A stretch of 62,863 nucleotides of DNA, filler included, from Choristocarpus tenellus KU-1152 (GCA_964200185.2; 11 parts of 11 records of this genome joined end to end with filler, not necessarily neighbours in it), one strand, 5' to 3'; shown: positions 1-13,210, counted from the whole stretch's first letter. A program made the numbers and translations. Notes: generated by a model from the sequence alone, not told the origin.

Positions 1-1030
1 GATAAAGCGATTACACCGGTTCAAGCAACAATGAACCAGGGGTTAAAAGGGTATTGCAATGCTGGGCATAAAGTCCAGGGATAGGGTAACAATATTGAGC
101 TTCCCCCACCTTTGGAAATGGTAGATGAACACTCATCATCGTGCCTCATCTTCTCCTAAAATCCTCTGCCAATGAACCTCCACTGTGAAATCATTTTGAA
201 CACACCAAATACAACGTATCCCTTAACCCCGACATGCCATACTCTCCGTCAAGTCAAACGTAGCACACCTTCCCAAGGTAGGGAAAGGAGGACAAGGTGT
301 GGAAGTCCGACTCAACCATCAACTTCTAGACTTCAGGATTAGCTACCCCTGTACGCGATAGTGATGATGAACTCCAATCTATCCCCACTTCACAGCTGCA
401 CACCCGACCAAAACAAACATCTTAATGTGTAGCCCTGCCCAAATACTATCTCACAAAGGTCAGCATATTGGTTGGGAAGGCAGAGTAAAAGTCGGAGGTT
501 TGGAGCCTCGCCGCCCACAGCCACCACTCCAAGCCCGAGACATCAAGGGAGAAAAGAAAGGTATAGAGGTTCAGGCGGACACTGACAGCAGTCCTTGCCA
601 GATCCCACAGGCGTATGGAGAGGTCAGCAGGAAAGAACACGATGGCAACCGTCATCGAAAGACAGGAGTTAAGAAGCAACAGAGTGTGGGGGAATTTTTT
701 GCCCACAGAGCAAGTTCGAACCACAAGGAGACCTTCCAGGAGCCGAAAGCGACCTGTAATCACGCACCCAACCTTGTTTACTTTATGGACTCCAGTTACA
801 GTAGTTCACCCGTGTCACTTATGTAGGGGACCAACTTGGTCATAGAATTCGTAAAAGCACCGCCAAACTGGAATACCTGCTTGCTGGCAAACTTCTCCAC
901 ACACAACCCAATAAGCGAGCGTCTTTGCACGGTGCTCCGTCAAAACCCTCTTAGATCAAGCCGGCAAAAGGAGGTCGAAGCCATTCCTTCTAGCTCAGCC
1001 CTTAAGAATTCTAAGACTTCCTGAGATCGA
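1..1030 (-). mobile_element. Possible heavily decayed Ty3/gypsy pol remnant
   Basis: Minus strand reads ELEGMASTSFCRLDLRGF*R (resembles RT F.KLDL..GYWQ) and later VWHVGVKDTL (integrase GH.G...T-like). Many stops and frameshifts. Confidence 0.3.
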
Positions 1031-2523
1031 TGTAGGAACCGTTGTTCACGCTCACTTGAGCTGTAGAAGGCTATTCATCTTGTGCAGGGGGAAAAATCGC
1101 GCAACTCCAAAAGAGGAATGTGATTGCATGACTGTCGCGCAGATAGGGGCAATGTGTATAATTTGCTTCACAACAGTAGCCATGCAGTAGTCACGATGTT
1201 TCTGTTCTCTTCCAGTACATTTTTGTGTTGCATCAAAGGAAAGTTGCCACATTTCATTATTGATACAATTCTTCTGAGAGGCAAAATTTCGTTTCGTGTG
1301 TCACTTCGCAACATTACTGCCACTGACGAAGTGCTCGTAATGTATCAGGGCTAAATATGGCGCATTTAAAAGTTTAGGATTCTGGCACTCCATATAAACA
1401 TTGTGTAAGTCTGCAAGCTAGTCCTATTGGTTGCCCAGTGCTGCGCTTTAGACATTTTGATCTTGGGAATGATCTCCACACGATAACATCCAAGGAACCA
1501 ACGGATCATTCCCTGCTGCAGCTGGGAACTGCGCATGGCACCCCATAGTCTCAGATCACCACAGTTCGAGCTCTTTCACCAGAAACAAGTGATTGCACCC
1601 AGTCAAGGGAGGAAATAAAGTGGGCAGGGATCAAGGGAGCGAAAGAGGAAAAAGACAATAAAGGCTGAGATCCTAACCTTGAGTGGAGCAGCAGCAGTGT
1701 ACCTGGTTGTGAAGAAGCTGAAGCCAATGATGAGTTTGGGCGATGAAGAGAGCGAGCTGACGGAGGAGAACCTCAATGATCCACCTGGAATTGACAATGA
1801 TATCTTCGAGTGAATAGGAGGTTAATAACAATGTAGAAGAAAATGGGAGAAGAGTAGTAGGAGGAATATGTGGACGAAGAGATGGGTAGAGAAATGGCTT
1901 GCCCGTGTAGATATTTAAAAAGGAGATTGTTAGCCTGCGTAAGCTCAATACTCTTCAATGCTTCAATTCTCCTTCAGTGACACACACATCAATAAAAAAC
2001 TAGGAGATCTGGAAGGTCAGTTCCACACAGTATACAGTGATACAAGGGTATTACTCCTATTATTGTATTTAAATTAGTGTGTACCATGAGCAAAATGCAC
2101 CAAATATATGCCCTCTCTTTTTCGTGGTCTATACGCCAAATACTTAAAAATACTTAACAGTCCTACCCCGACAAGTAGTAAATGTGGCATTTCTCGAATC
2201 CTATATCATTCCCAAAACCGCCTATATATACCCACAAAAAACGTTTTAGCATGTGGTCTCTGCCAGAATATGCGTTCTCGTGTAAAACCTGAAAATATCG
2301 TTTTTTCCGACCTTGGCTAAATTTCCACGCCATTGAATCAATTTCAGACACCTGCTACTTCTACTTATCTTCTTTCCACTACGTAGAACGTATCGAAAAG
2401 CGATTTCCCGCTCATCATGAAAACAGATACAACCTCCTGTACATCAGGTCTTTCATTTCAATATGTGTTCCCTATTTGAACAGAATAAAGATCGAAAGTT
2501 ATGGTCATATTTTATCGAGTTCA

Positions 2524-2754
2524 GAGTCAAAAGGAACGAGAAGTACCCAGGTTTCCACCGTTTTGCATTTTAAGACAGTTCAAAAATATTTTCCAGTTGC
2601 CCATATATCTATGGATGAAGTGCTAAGTTCGACTTGAGAGCGTTGATTTCTCTATTGTTTCAGACTTTTCTGATAAAATTCAGAAAATATCCTACAAACA
2701 ATTTTTAAGCATCCTTAAAATATAACTCTGGGTACCTCTCGTTAACTTTAACTC
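2524..2754 (+). mobile_element. MITE family D copy
   Basis: TIRs GAGTCAAAAGGAACGAGAAGTACCCAG / CTGGGTACCTCTCGTTAACTTTAACTC; 3-bp TSD TCA; internal similarity to copies at 11152, 16339, 31978. Confidence 0.85.
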
Positions 2755-3824
2755 TCATTGGCATATACTAGGCAGTAGAAAACAGGCCTTCAGTAAATTT
2801 TCCCTTGGTTAAACTTGATAAATAGATGGCATGTGAGCAACGAACGCGCACACTGGAACAGTGCTGCTTTTCTGTGGGACCCGACCCAGTAATTGAAAAT
2901 CCCTCAAGATGTTGTCACTCGAACAGGCTCACTGATTATACACTTGGATAATCAATGTCTCAATCACATCTTTCTAACAAAATCCTTTCGACTCCAACTT
3001 TTAACCTTTATGTAGTGGACAAGCCCACAACGGTTCCCACTAAAAATGGTTCCATTGTGGTAGACTGACTCAAATCTATTTCTAATGTTCGTTCGGTAGG
3101 CTTCAGCCGCTGGAAAAAATAATTTTTCAAAATTCGTATGAAGTAGGTTTGAGTATTATGTTTCAGTTAGAATTTGTTGTAATAATATTGATTTTGTCGT
3201 TGGCGTACACCTCTCATATATAACCTTGTGCTAGATAACCATATATTTCACAGGTTTCATCTCCTTGAGTGACGATTTCTGGGGAAATGTGCGAGTATCC
3301 AGTCTCACTCATCAGTGTTGATACCACAACAGAGATATTCTGGTCATTAGCTATTGTTACATGCAAGGTTATCCGGTGCTGCATTGGGTTCTGCAAACAG
3401 ACACTTATCTTATCATTCCCGATCATAGAGGGAATTGCTGGTGAGAATTGGGTGCAAAAGCATCGAACGAACAATTCATAAACTGATGCAGGGAGCCTGC
3501 ATCTAAGAAGAAAGCAGAGAAAGGACAGGGCAAGATGGGAGACCGGAAAAAAACTGGTACTGGTGTCTCCACACTGACCTTGGACGGTTATTTCAACATC
3601 CCAGCTGAGAAATGGGACTTACTTTCACAATATCCAAACTGACATGGTGCAGGTAGGTAGGTACGTATATTTGTTGAAGAATGGAGCAAAATGACTCATG
3701 GATGGAGTCAAACCAATTGAGATGTAGGCAGGTTTAGACCCTTTGCATCCTAACCCATCTTCCTTACCCTGTGCAAACACACTCTACTCCATTGCTATGT
3801 GTGCACAATAATGTACACAACATC

Positions 3825-4066
3825 GAGTCAAATTATCTTGGAGGGTAGAGCCGTGTCCATTTGGGGGTCAAAATCCAATGTTGTAATTTTGATGTAATTT
3901 TGACTATCATATTTGTTAGGAGATGTCAATATCCTTATTCTCGACACACCTTCTCATAACATACACACATTTTACCTGCTCCGAAGCATTTGGGAGTAGG
4001 TTAAACGTTATAAAAGAACTCGTGGGAAGCCAAGTCCCAAATAGAAAAAAAGAAAAAAAATCGTAC
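3825..4066 (-). mobile_element. MITE family A copy, cut by contig end
   Basis: Starts GAGTCAAATTATCTTGGAGGGTAGAGCC and is colinear with the copy at 56429-56688; ends at the N spacer just before the second TIR. Confidence 0.8.
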
Positions 4067-4166
4067 NNNNNNNNNNNNNNNNNNNNNNNNNNNNNNNNNN
4101 NNNNNNNNNNTTAATTAATTAANNNNNNNNNNNNNNNNNNNNNNNNNNNNNNNNNNNNNNNNNNNN
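4067..4166. other. Artificial contig spacer (44N-TTAATTAATTAA-44N). Also at 7473-7572, 12944-13043, 17224-17323, 30412-30511, 35374-35473, 38908-39007, 42840-42939, 49885-49984, 55630-55729
   Basis: Identical 100-bp layout repeated 10 times; TTAATTAATTAA gives stop codons in all six frames. Confidence 0.97.
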
Positions 4167-4190
4167 CCCCCCTCCCAGATACTTTGGGTC

Positions 4191-4858
4191 ACTGATATCT
4201 CAAGAAATCTAATAGTAAAGGGGTCAGACGGAGTCCCGATAGCGTCTGCTGTCAGTAACTCGATGTTTCTCCCACAGAATAATCTCTTACACATGAATAA
4301 AAAGCATATTCTTAACACACTCCCCTGCTTTGAACTTCAAGTGAAAAATATCACCTCAAAACACAATCAGCGTATCACATCACACATTACCCATAATGAT
4401 ATCCAATTGAACAATTCCTTAGACATACCTTGGTAAAAAGATCCGCATGTTGAAATTTCATAGGTACGTATCCAATCTTCACTTTCTTTTCCCTCTCTAG
4501 CTGTCGTACATAGTGGTACCTAATATCTGTGTGCTTAGTTCTACCACCAGATACTGTCTTCTATGAAGTCTTTACTGCATCCATCATTGTCCTCAAACAC
4601 TAATACCGAGTATTCTTCATATTGTGGTTGCATGAACATGTGCACTTGCTTGAGGAACATAACGTCTTTCCAAAACTCACACAATGCAACATACTCAGCC
4701 TCAGCAGTAGACAGTGTAACTGCTTTCTGCTTTCTCGACCACCAATCGACACATCCTCCCCCAAACATAACAACGCCCCCAGAAATAGACAATCTACTGT
4801 CTTTACAGTTAGTATAATCAGCATCTGTATAGCCAATTAACTGATCCCTTGGACACAA
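4191..4858 (-). mobile_element. Ty1/copia 3' remnant: RNase H, PPT and start of 3' LTR
   Basis: LIGYTDADY...SISGGVVMFGGGCVDWWSRKQKAVTLSTAEAEYVAL...VFEDN, then after a frameshift RTKHTDIRYHYVR...QHADLFTK. Purine tract GCAGGGGAG followed by TGTGTTAAG at ~4320. Confidence 0.9.
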
Positions 4859-5534
4859 AAAAATGTTATATTATAACATAGAAAATGGGTACAGTCGTAG
4901 AATGAATCCTCCTTCAGAACTATGAACACAAATAAATAAAAGGCACAAAAATATGTCTCACAGTCCCATAGAAATATGATACTGTCATAGAAACACTAAT
5001 CTCCTTGTTCTAGCCAAATCCGGTAGGGTTTTGTAGCCCACCATCCGTACGTAACAATCTCTCACCCCCCTTTGCCATTTCTAGTAAGCTCTTGTTCACT
5101 ACTCCCTACAAAAGAAAATATTCGACTAATCCTGACCTTCTATAATCTCCTTCTGGATGCACTCAGCCCAAGTATCCCATGGTCTCTCTCCTTTCTCCTT
5201 GTGTTACACCTTCTTGACAGAGGTACCTATGGGTCACTGAGAAAGCATTTCTAATGTTTCCTTAGCCACCTTCCACCCATCTGGAGATGCTGATAGCACG
5301 AATCTGCACCTGAGTTGTGACTAATCGGACTGCTGGGTACTTCTGTACCTGACAGCAGTGATTGCAACAGAGGAGGACGAGAATAGATTGTGATAGAGCA
5401 TCAACAGATGGCAAGAGCGAATATGCGAATAAAACGAAACCCACTCGGAAACTCGGTACATACAGAACTCACAACAGTAATGGTGCCAGAACCTCCATGC
5501 ATAATCCCAAGGCCTTCCCCTCATTGGAGGGAGG

Positions 5535-5890
5535 CCCTGAAGACATGGTCTGGAGCACAGGTCATTATTGCAACCCGGTAGACACAGAAAGGTAATCCGG
5601 ACTCTTGCACAGCGTCGAGGTTGTAAACAGAGATCTTGAAGAAGGCTTGCTCTTGAGAATAGGTCTTTGATGTGACCCAGTGGGCACAGAATGGTGACTT
5701 ACACTCTCTTACACGGCCTCAACGTCATAGAGAGAGAGAGAGAGATCCTGAAGCTGTCATCTTGAGTGAAGGTCATCAATGTGATCCAGTGCACACAGTA
5801 AGGGTGACTTGCACTCTTTTACACAGCCTCAAGGCCGTAGAAAGAGATTCTGGTGCCATGATATCAAGTGCAGGTCATCGATGTGAATGT
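5535..5890. repeat. Diverged ~104-bp tandem repeat, about 3.3 units
   Basis: GGTCATYRATGTGAYCCAGTGSRCACAG-like motif recurs at ~5560, 5662, 5771, 5873. Confidence 0.7.
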
Positions 5891-6581
5891 GAGTGACTGA
5901 CCTTGCTCATGTCCACAAGGTCCGTTCTTCACTGGTAGTGTGGCGTCTAAGACACAGATGCGATGGTTCAGATTCCTCCCCCCCAATTCAAGAGAAGCGG
6001 AGATGGAGATTGGTCCAGGATATCCCAATGAGCCAATAACAGTCCCGTGTGGTGAACTGAGTACTCTCTCTCCACTACGAAGAGACGAGGTAGGACCTTC
6101 ATGTTACAAAATTCTCCCACAGCTGGGATATGTAGCTCCAATCCACTACCCTTTAGGCTGATGACGGGGCTTGTAGACGGTTCCATAAAGGAAATATCAC
6201 CATATATGCTGGATATCTCACTTTGATTGAGGAATATAGAAAAACTTAAATAACCTTGAGACATGCAACGAATGTGTGCAGATTTAGACTGTTGTTTGTG
6301 TCAGTATGGAAGAAGAGATAAGGAAGAGATGAAAATCTCACACGATTCTCCTTTGCTCAAACATGATGAGATGGTTGAGAAGAAGTGTGATATTATTATA
6401 CATGGCGGGGCTTTGTTTAGCACCCGCTGTTTCTAGAAAGACATATATAAAATGAAGCATTTATATCGTTCTCAGAAAACTCCATCGCCATCTAGAAAAG
6501 TGTCCCGAACATGTGGACTTTCAATATATTACTTATCGATAAATAACCCACTAAGACATTAACCATTGTCCCTAATGCTTT

Positions 6582-6790
6582 GACCCAAAACATTTAAGAG
6601 GATAGGAGAGTGTTCCCCTGTTTATCTGTTTGGGGCTTGGCTTCCAACGTTGTTTTTATGCCTTTTTTTCTGTTTTCTGTGTGAACACAGGAACCTAAAG
6701 TGTGTACGACTATGAAAGGTATGTCCACAGCAAGGATATTGACACTACTATAGCTAACAAACACGATAGCCAAAATGAATCAAAATCGGT
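6582..6790 (+). mobile_element. Degraded MITE family A copy
   Basis: Contains CCTGTTTATCTGTTTGGGGCTTGGCTTCC and GGATATTGACAC...AACAAACACGATAGCCAAAAT, shared with intact copies. Confidence 0.65.
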
Positions 6791-7134
6791 TTTATCTCTG
6801 ATTATTGTACATCCCGACTTGTGTGTAGTACGTATTGCAGAGTGAGCATTATGAATTATGAAGGGTTAATGCCAGTCAAGGAAAAATAATAATCAACACA
6901 TGATATCTAACAGACAACTTCTTGTTTGAAGAATAAGAAGAAAGGGAAAAAACAAAGAGGAAACAAGGCGAGAAACATTAATCAATGTCTGAGGGAACTG
7001 ATGCGACACATGGTATGCCCGTATGTGTGATAGGAAGCGGCTGTTCTTATGGTTCGTATGTACTGTGGTATTGTGAAGGTGATTGATGGTGTTGTGATGA
7101 GTGTTTCAACAAAAGTTACTCCCGGGGATCGCAA

Positions 7135-7373
7135 GTTGTTGGACTTGTTGAGGTTTCACCCGAGGGTTGCTATTCCTCTAATCAGTGACCAGCTACGGCG
7201 GGGTATTTACTAGGTGAGGTTGTTTATCCTGGCGGCGTGTTACAGCCTTTTGATGGAAGTATATCCTGGCGGCATGTTTAATTTTAGCCTTTTGACGGAT
7301 GTAACCTCAGCGAGATTCGATCCCACAAGAGTACCGTTTGTTGAAACACCAGTTAACCCCTGAGCTACCGAGC
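7135..7373 (-). mobile_element. Putative tRNA-derived SINE
   Basis: Minus strand: GCTCGGTAGCTCAGGGGTTAA (A-box-like), GTGGGATCGAATCTC (B-box-like), a body of two ~38-bp AAAAGGCT...GCCGCCAGGATA subrepeats, and a CAACAA-rich tail. Confidence 0.6.
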
Positions 7374-7389
7374 AGATAGTCAAAACACT

Positions 7390-7472
7390 AATCTCGCTGA
7401 GGTTACATCCGTTAAAAGGCTAAAATACGCCGCCAGGATACACATCCGTCAAAAGGCTAAACACGCCGCCAG
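7390..7472 (+). mobile_element. Second, 5'-truncated copy of the same SINE-like element in opposite orientation
   Basis: AATCTCGCTGAGGTTACATCCGTTAAAAGGCTAAAATACGCCGCCAGG is an imperfect reverse complement of 7226-7317. Confidence 0.65.
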
Positions 7473-8493
7473 NNNNNNNNNNNNNNNNNNNNNNNNNNNN
7501 NNNNNNNNNNNNNNNNTTAATTAATTAANNNNNNNNNNNNNNNNNNNNNNNNNNNNNNNNNNNNNNNNNNNNCAGTGGTGTCTACAGTGTATCAGCAGCA
7601 CTATCAACGAACAACTTTGACTCGCATTTTGGCGTAAGGGTCCCAAATGTGGTTGAGAGTGCCCTACCCGACATTCGCCTGAGGAGTGAGTGTGGCGAAT
7701 GGTTCATTACCCTAGATGGAAGAAACGCCTTCAACAGTGTACTCCGTTCAGCCTTCATCGAGCCTCCCCCTGACACCCTACCAGGAATCCTACCCTTACG
7801 TGTCAAAGGTATATGAGGGCACCCGTGATCTTCTTTTCCCCCTGGATGAGGGAGGGATGAAGATAATTCCATCAAGGTCAGGGGCACAAAAAGGGGACCC
7901 CCTTGCCCCCCTCCTATACTGGATGTCAACCACCAAAGCTCTACAGCAGGTCCAGTCTATCTTTGGACCTGATGGGGTGTCCTCCCGAAGTTATCTGGAT
8001 GATACATCTATTTCTGCAAGGGAGATAAACCTGTACTACAATAGCTGCTTTCGAGCAGTTGAAAACTGATCTACACGGGTAGGTATCGTCCTTAAAGTGG
8101 ATAAGACCTTTGCTGTGCAGCTTCTGAAGGTCATAAGCCCACGCCCTCAGAACTATAACTCCTAGCCACAGTGGGAATGAATCTGGCCCAGGACCCAAAC
8201 GGTTTGTTACACCACGGGCTCCAGTGGGAACAGGTGAATTATTCCAAGCCTACATATCTGAGGTAATCAAGGGCTCAGGGTTACAAATGCTGGTCACACA
8301 ACTGAGTGAGATGGAGGATAAACAAGTTGTCTAGCTCCTCAACTCCTAGTCCCTTTCTTCCCGCTTAGGCTATTTGGTAAGGGTCACTCCCCCCCAACTG
8401 GTACACTCCACCATGGAACAAGCAGACAACACCTCACTGTGGACTCTAGATAGGATAATGGAGGTAGCAGACTCAGCAGGGGCCACTGACTTC

Positions 8494-9126
8494 TGTTATA
8501 CAGGCGATTAGCGAGTATTTCTTCTCGCGTTCTAACAAGCGCGAGCAGCGTACACGCGTGGGGAACCTTATAAAGAGGAACGTTGATTTGCTAAAGGTTG
8601 CAGAGTAAGATGATCCAAACTATCTGGAGGGGGGGGGGTCTACGCCAAAGTGTCCGTTTGGACCAATACCAGGAAAAGTGCACTTTCATTATCCATCCAA
8701 CGTATGGAACCAAATCACCCAAATATCGCGACGTGAAAAAATTGACCTCAAATGGACAGCCGCCACCCCTCCCCAGATGCTTCGAGCCAGATCTGTAACT
8801 TGGAAATGTTGCAACGGTTTTCAAATATATTCCAACTTCTGTTAATCAAAACAATATATAAGGCAGATGATGGTAAAAAGAATAAAGAGCGCTGCTTATA
8901 TACTTCTTTTCCTGACATATCTGATGCCACACTCTCATTGACGCTGAAAGAGAGAGGTACCCCCTGTTCTGCTGAGCTGACGTTCAACAAACCCGATGTG
9001 CGATGGACTCCTCTCAACTGTTGAAGTATCCTGAGAGGCTCACGTGAGCATCAGCATTTTATATATAGGTTTGTGGATTGGAGCTATACATCCTGTGGAG
9101 GTAAGCTTCTACCGCGTGCTGTAACA
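8494..9126. mobile_element. Solo LTR inserted in the LINE
   Basis: TGTTATACAG...CTGTAACA termini; 4-bp TSD CTTC on both sides; interrupts LINE coding sequence. Confidence 0.75.
8612..8788 (+). mobile_element. MITE family B copy nested in the solo LTR
   Basis: TIRs GATCCAAACTATCTGGAGGGG / CCCCAGATGCTTCGAGCC; TSD AGAT. Confidence 0.8.
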
Positions 9127-11151
9127 CTTCTTCTAAAGGGGTGTGTGAAAATGGGTCTCTTCGTCTGGAAAAATATCAAGAAATACAGGCACCGATGCCG
9201 CCAAGTTCGGGGGGGTTGGGCCTATCCTCCATGAAACATCCCCAGTATGCAACCTTTGTAGGATCACTGGTGGCCACTCTCCCCACCCTACCAGACAATG
9301 CAAAACAAGGGAGGGGAAGTTCTTCGCTAGCCCCAGCCTACCGCTGGAACCAGTGTGGACAAGGGCCAAATGCATGGGCCTCAACACAACCCCTGGAACC
9401 AGCAATCCAGATCCCTCCCAATGGAGTTAATTTCACTGCCAGCAGGTCCTTAGGGAGGGAGGAGGCTCTATCCTACAGATGCCCAGTGGCTGGGTGCAGG
9501 AGGCATAGTGTTGACATTGGACATGCTCGTACCTGCCCTAGGGCAAGGGGACAGGTACGCCAGTACACATCAATGGTCAAGCGTCTAGGTCAACTCTGCA
9601 AGGGAATGGGCATCCCTTGTACTACGGAGGACGATAGCTCACTCAGAGTGGACCGGAATTTCCGCACGGATCTGGTCTTCCATGGTGGGGCACTTGCAGA
9701 CACCGAATCAGCCCCCCCTACCGGGATAAAGGCATCCTCCTGGATGTCACATTTGCAAAAGTACAAGCAGCCTCCTATCTGCCCCACACATCCACCAGCA
9801 ATGGTGTAGCTGCTGCAGCAGCTGAGGTTCGAAGCCTTCGCAGTGAAACGTTTGGGGTGCCTCGGTGAGCAAGCAGAACGTTTTGGGGAGGAGTCGGCTA
9901 CGCACGCAGTAGGAGGGAGAGGGGCGGAAGCTTACAGCAAGAAATGAGTTGTCAGATCCCATTTACGACAGATAGTTTCTGCCACTGCACAGGTGGCTCT
10001 CTGAAGATGTGTGGTGCATATCAAGCTGGAGACACCAGGGAGATCGGCGGGTCTGTCAGATTCTTGGGATGCTTTCCTAGCTCCTCGCCCTGTAGTGTAG
10101 GGCTAAGTAAATTGGAGTCATAGCAGCAGTGTATACATCACATTGTAATTACGAGCTATTATGGGAGTGAGGTAGTATAGTTGCGGTCAAATAGTAAGTA
10201 GATTTTTGAGATATATTTTCGCATCTACGAAAACTGTTGCTTTTAGAGACGTCCTTGTAATATTGAAATACTTTTTTCCCTGACACATCTACAAAATGTC
10301 AGAGAGCATAATAATATACATACAAACAGCTCTACTTTCCACATCATCGCCCCTTCTGATGTGTCTCGAGGACATGTAAAAATATTATTCGGGACCTATC
10401 ACAAGATGAGATTTGAGATTTGAGAGGAAAATGGGAAACGGGTGTGACTACATAGAGTAATACTGTTGTAGTATGGAGGACAAAACTCCATCTTAGTTCC
10501 GTTTCACAGAACTCAACGGTGAAACAATTTTTTTCTAGTACTTCAGGTTTCAATAACCCACCCTGGCGTCCAAAAATTCTGTGTTTGGTGAAAGGTTGTG
10601 TAGTCTAAAATTGGTGCAATAGTATGGTATTGCTGCTGACACTTCGTTGTTGGTGGGGGACCTTGAAATGAAGTCAAATCTCGCGCTTTGTCGTGCATGT
10701 GCGCGTGATTTCTTGGCATTTTAAGGCACGTGGTACCCTCTTGTCCAGAAACAATAATGATGCTTTTTGGCCTTTTTGTCGTATCCCTGTTTGTTGTGTG
10801 TGGACATGCGTTGTTTTCTGTATCACCACTACTAGTAGTACTAGTAGAACTATAAGTACTACTAGCAGTACGATTTACAACGATTACAACAACAACAATA
10901 ACGGTAAGGTAGTACAAAAAATAAGGTGAGCTGGTTTTGGAGGAATGAGAGAGGAGGACCTACACTCACTATGAAAAAGATTGATTATCGATGCTTTCTG
11001 TACATCATCATCATGAGTCTCACAAGACGAAAGGACTATGAATGTGCGCAGTAGAGGCCATTTCCTTTTGCACAGGCAAGCATAGACCCATCGGCCCTTT
11101 CCTCCTAGTGCTGCCAGACCCCTTGGCCGCTACATGGTTTGCTTCTCCTCC

Positions 11152-11404
11152 GAGCCAAAGTAAACGAGAGGTACCCAAGTTTTGGTCCATTTGCATTTTA
11201 GATCTATTTCTCAATCTATTTCACTTCACTCACATTTCTATGTGGATGAAGTTCTAAGTTGGACTTGAGAGCGTTTATTTCTCTATTGTTCGAAACGTTT
11301 CCGACACAATTCACAAAATATCCCGTACATATTTGTAAAAAAAGTCGAATTTTGGTCATGTTTGTTAAAATTTAGCTCTACATACCTCTCGTTTAATATG
11401 ACTC
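11152..11404 (+). mobile_element. MITE family D copy
   Basis: GAGCCAAAGTAAACGAGAGGTAC / TACCTCTCGTTTAATATGACTC; TSD TCC. Confidence 0.85.
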
Positions 11405-12904
11405 TCCTCTTTCTCCCAAGCACAGTCCCTCTTGTGCCTTTCCTCATGGTGCTTGCTGGAGAATGTTGACTACTAGCTGGCGGATATTATCCTCTTTCCC
11501 CTCCAATACAGCGTCCCTGTTTTTAATCAGGCACCTTCCTTATCTGTTACTTTCCTCCTGCCACTGCCGGAGCACGGTTCACTATTAGCTGGTAGAGTTT
11601 CCCGTCCTCTTCCCCCCTGGGGTGCAATCCCCCGTGTCACCCACACATAGCTCTGTACAAGTGAGAGGCCTACAGAACCACATCCTGGACACGGAAGGTG
11701 AACAAGCAGGTACTATGTGTAAGTGAGACATATGAGAGGAGAGTACTCAAAGATATGAGCAGTGTGATATTAATCGAGCCCAGACAACACTCCCACCTTG
11801 GTCCTTTGGGTCATGTTGATTCTATATTGTAGGTCTTGCAGTTCCCATCACTAACGTTTTCCATTTTTGATCAAGGGAAGTCCCATATGTCCACATAGAG
11901 CTTGACTGACACCCTCAAGCCATTTCGAGTGGCAGAAGTAGGTTGCAAGAGTATTTGGTTAGGATAATGTGAACAATCGGTGTGTGAGCAGAGGGGAGAG
12001 TAGTGCCATACTGCCGACGGATATTGATTGGTTGCTGAGGGTACTGAATGTAAACCAAGCCAAATATCTCCGAGTAATACTCGCCTGCCCAGTGTGTAGC
12101 ATAGGGTGCAAGCATAATCAAGTACCTCAAAACAATGCCACTGGTGGGTACCACTTGTTGATCTGCTGATAATTTGAAGAGACTGCCTAGCTTGCGGTTG
12201 TGCTATTTAGGACTCGACAGGAAGATACGATTGTTTCTTATAGTACTATATAAGTTGCGTGTCTAGAAAGCTCGAGTGCAAAACTTAAATCTGTCCCAAA
12301 AAGCAAGGGGTTGCTATTATGCTGTTACACATTTTTTACTCCCCTCCACTTGACAAACAAAACATGATACCTAGGCATGTGTATCGTACTGTACAGTACA
12401 ACTACTGTAGTGTGCAGTACCTCTCTGACCATGGGTCGGGGCTAGGTAGCATCGAGCCAGTGGTTCCTAGTCCCCCAGACTAGCTAAAGTGAGATAACTA
12501 CAATATCGAGCTTTGTACTTTATTCAACTTAGCAAAAACAATAAAATACTCTAGACGTGGTGATTTCCCATCATATACGTACTCGTGTATCTATCGAAGT
12601 GCGTGCAAAAACGGCAAATAACACTCCATACGACCCCCCAAAAGGGAATTTTTGCTCAACTTCAATAGCTCTTCTCTGCTTATGCAAAATGCATTTCTAA
12701 CGCGCAGCTCCAAATAAGTGCGAAGTACGGAAGACACCACCACGAAGTCATCCTACTGCATTCGACAGGACTGTCAATATAAGACCTTCAGGACTCTGAA
12801 GTGTTAACTAGCTCTAGTTGTACAGTGCGAAAGGCATCATATAGCTAGACATGCAGTATCATCTTGACATTTTCCACTAGTGACTCTTTGTCGTCCCTGT
12901 CCCT

Positions 12905-12939
<35 letters not shown>

Positions 12940-13210
12940 CCCCNNNNNNNNNNNNNNNNNNNNNNNNNNNNNNNNNNNNNNNNNNNNTTAATTAATTAAN
13001 NNNNNNNNNNNNNNNNNNNNNNNNNNNNNNNNNNNNNNNNNNNCCCCCTCCCAGATACTTTGGGTCTCTCTTTCGGTAACAACAAAAAAAGGTCCTGTTA
13101 GTATTGGTGCTCTTATTGAAGCGTCCTAAAACCCATATGAATACGAACTACAGTGCAGAGTAAGCTCTTCTAGAAATAGCACAATCCTCTACTTTTCCCT
13201 ACCCACAAAG

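Larger units (their letters stand above)
7573..10100 (+). mobile_element. Decayed CRE-like non-LTR retrotransposon (RT + CCHC + restriction-like endonuclease)
   Basis: FGVRVPNVVE...LDGRNAFNSVLR; SRSGAQKGDPLAPLLY; SYLDD; GGLGL; CPVAGCRRHSVDIGHARTC; FRTDLVF; LLDVT; PFAVKRLGCLGEQAERF. Frameshifts and stops throughout. Confidence 0.85.

Noticed and set aside
5535-7472. CRISPR-like interpretation of spaced repeats
   Set aside because: Units are long and diverged, with no unique spacers and no cas genes, in a eukaryotic context.
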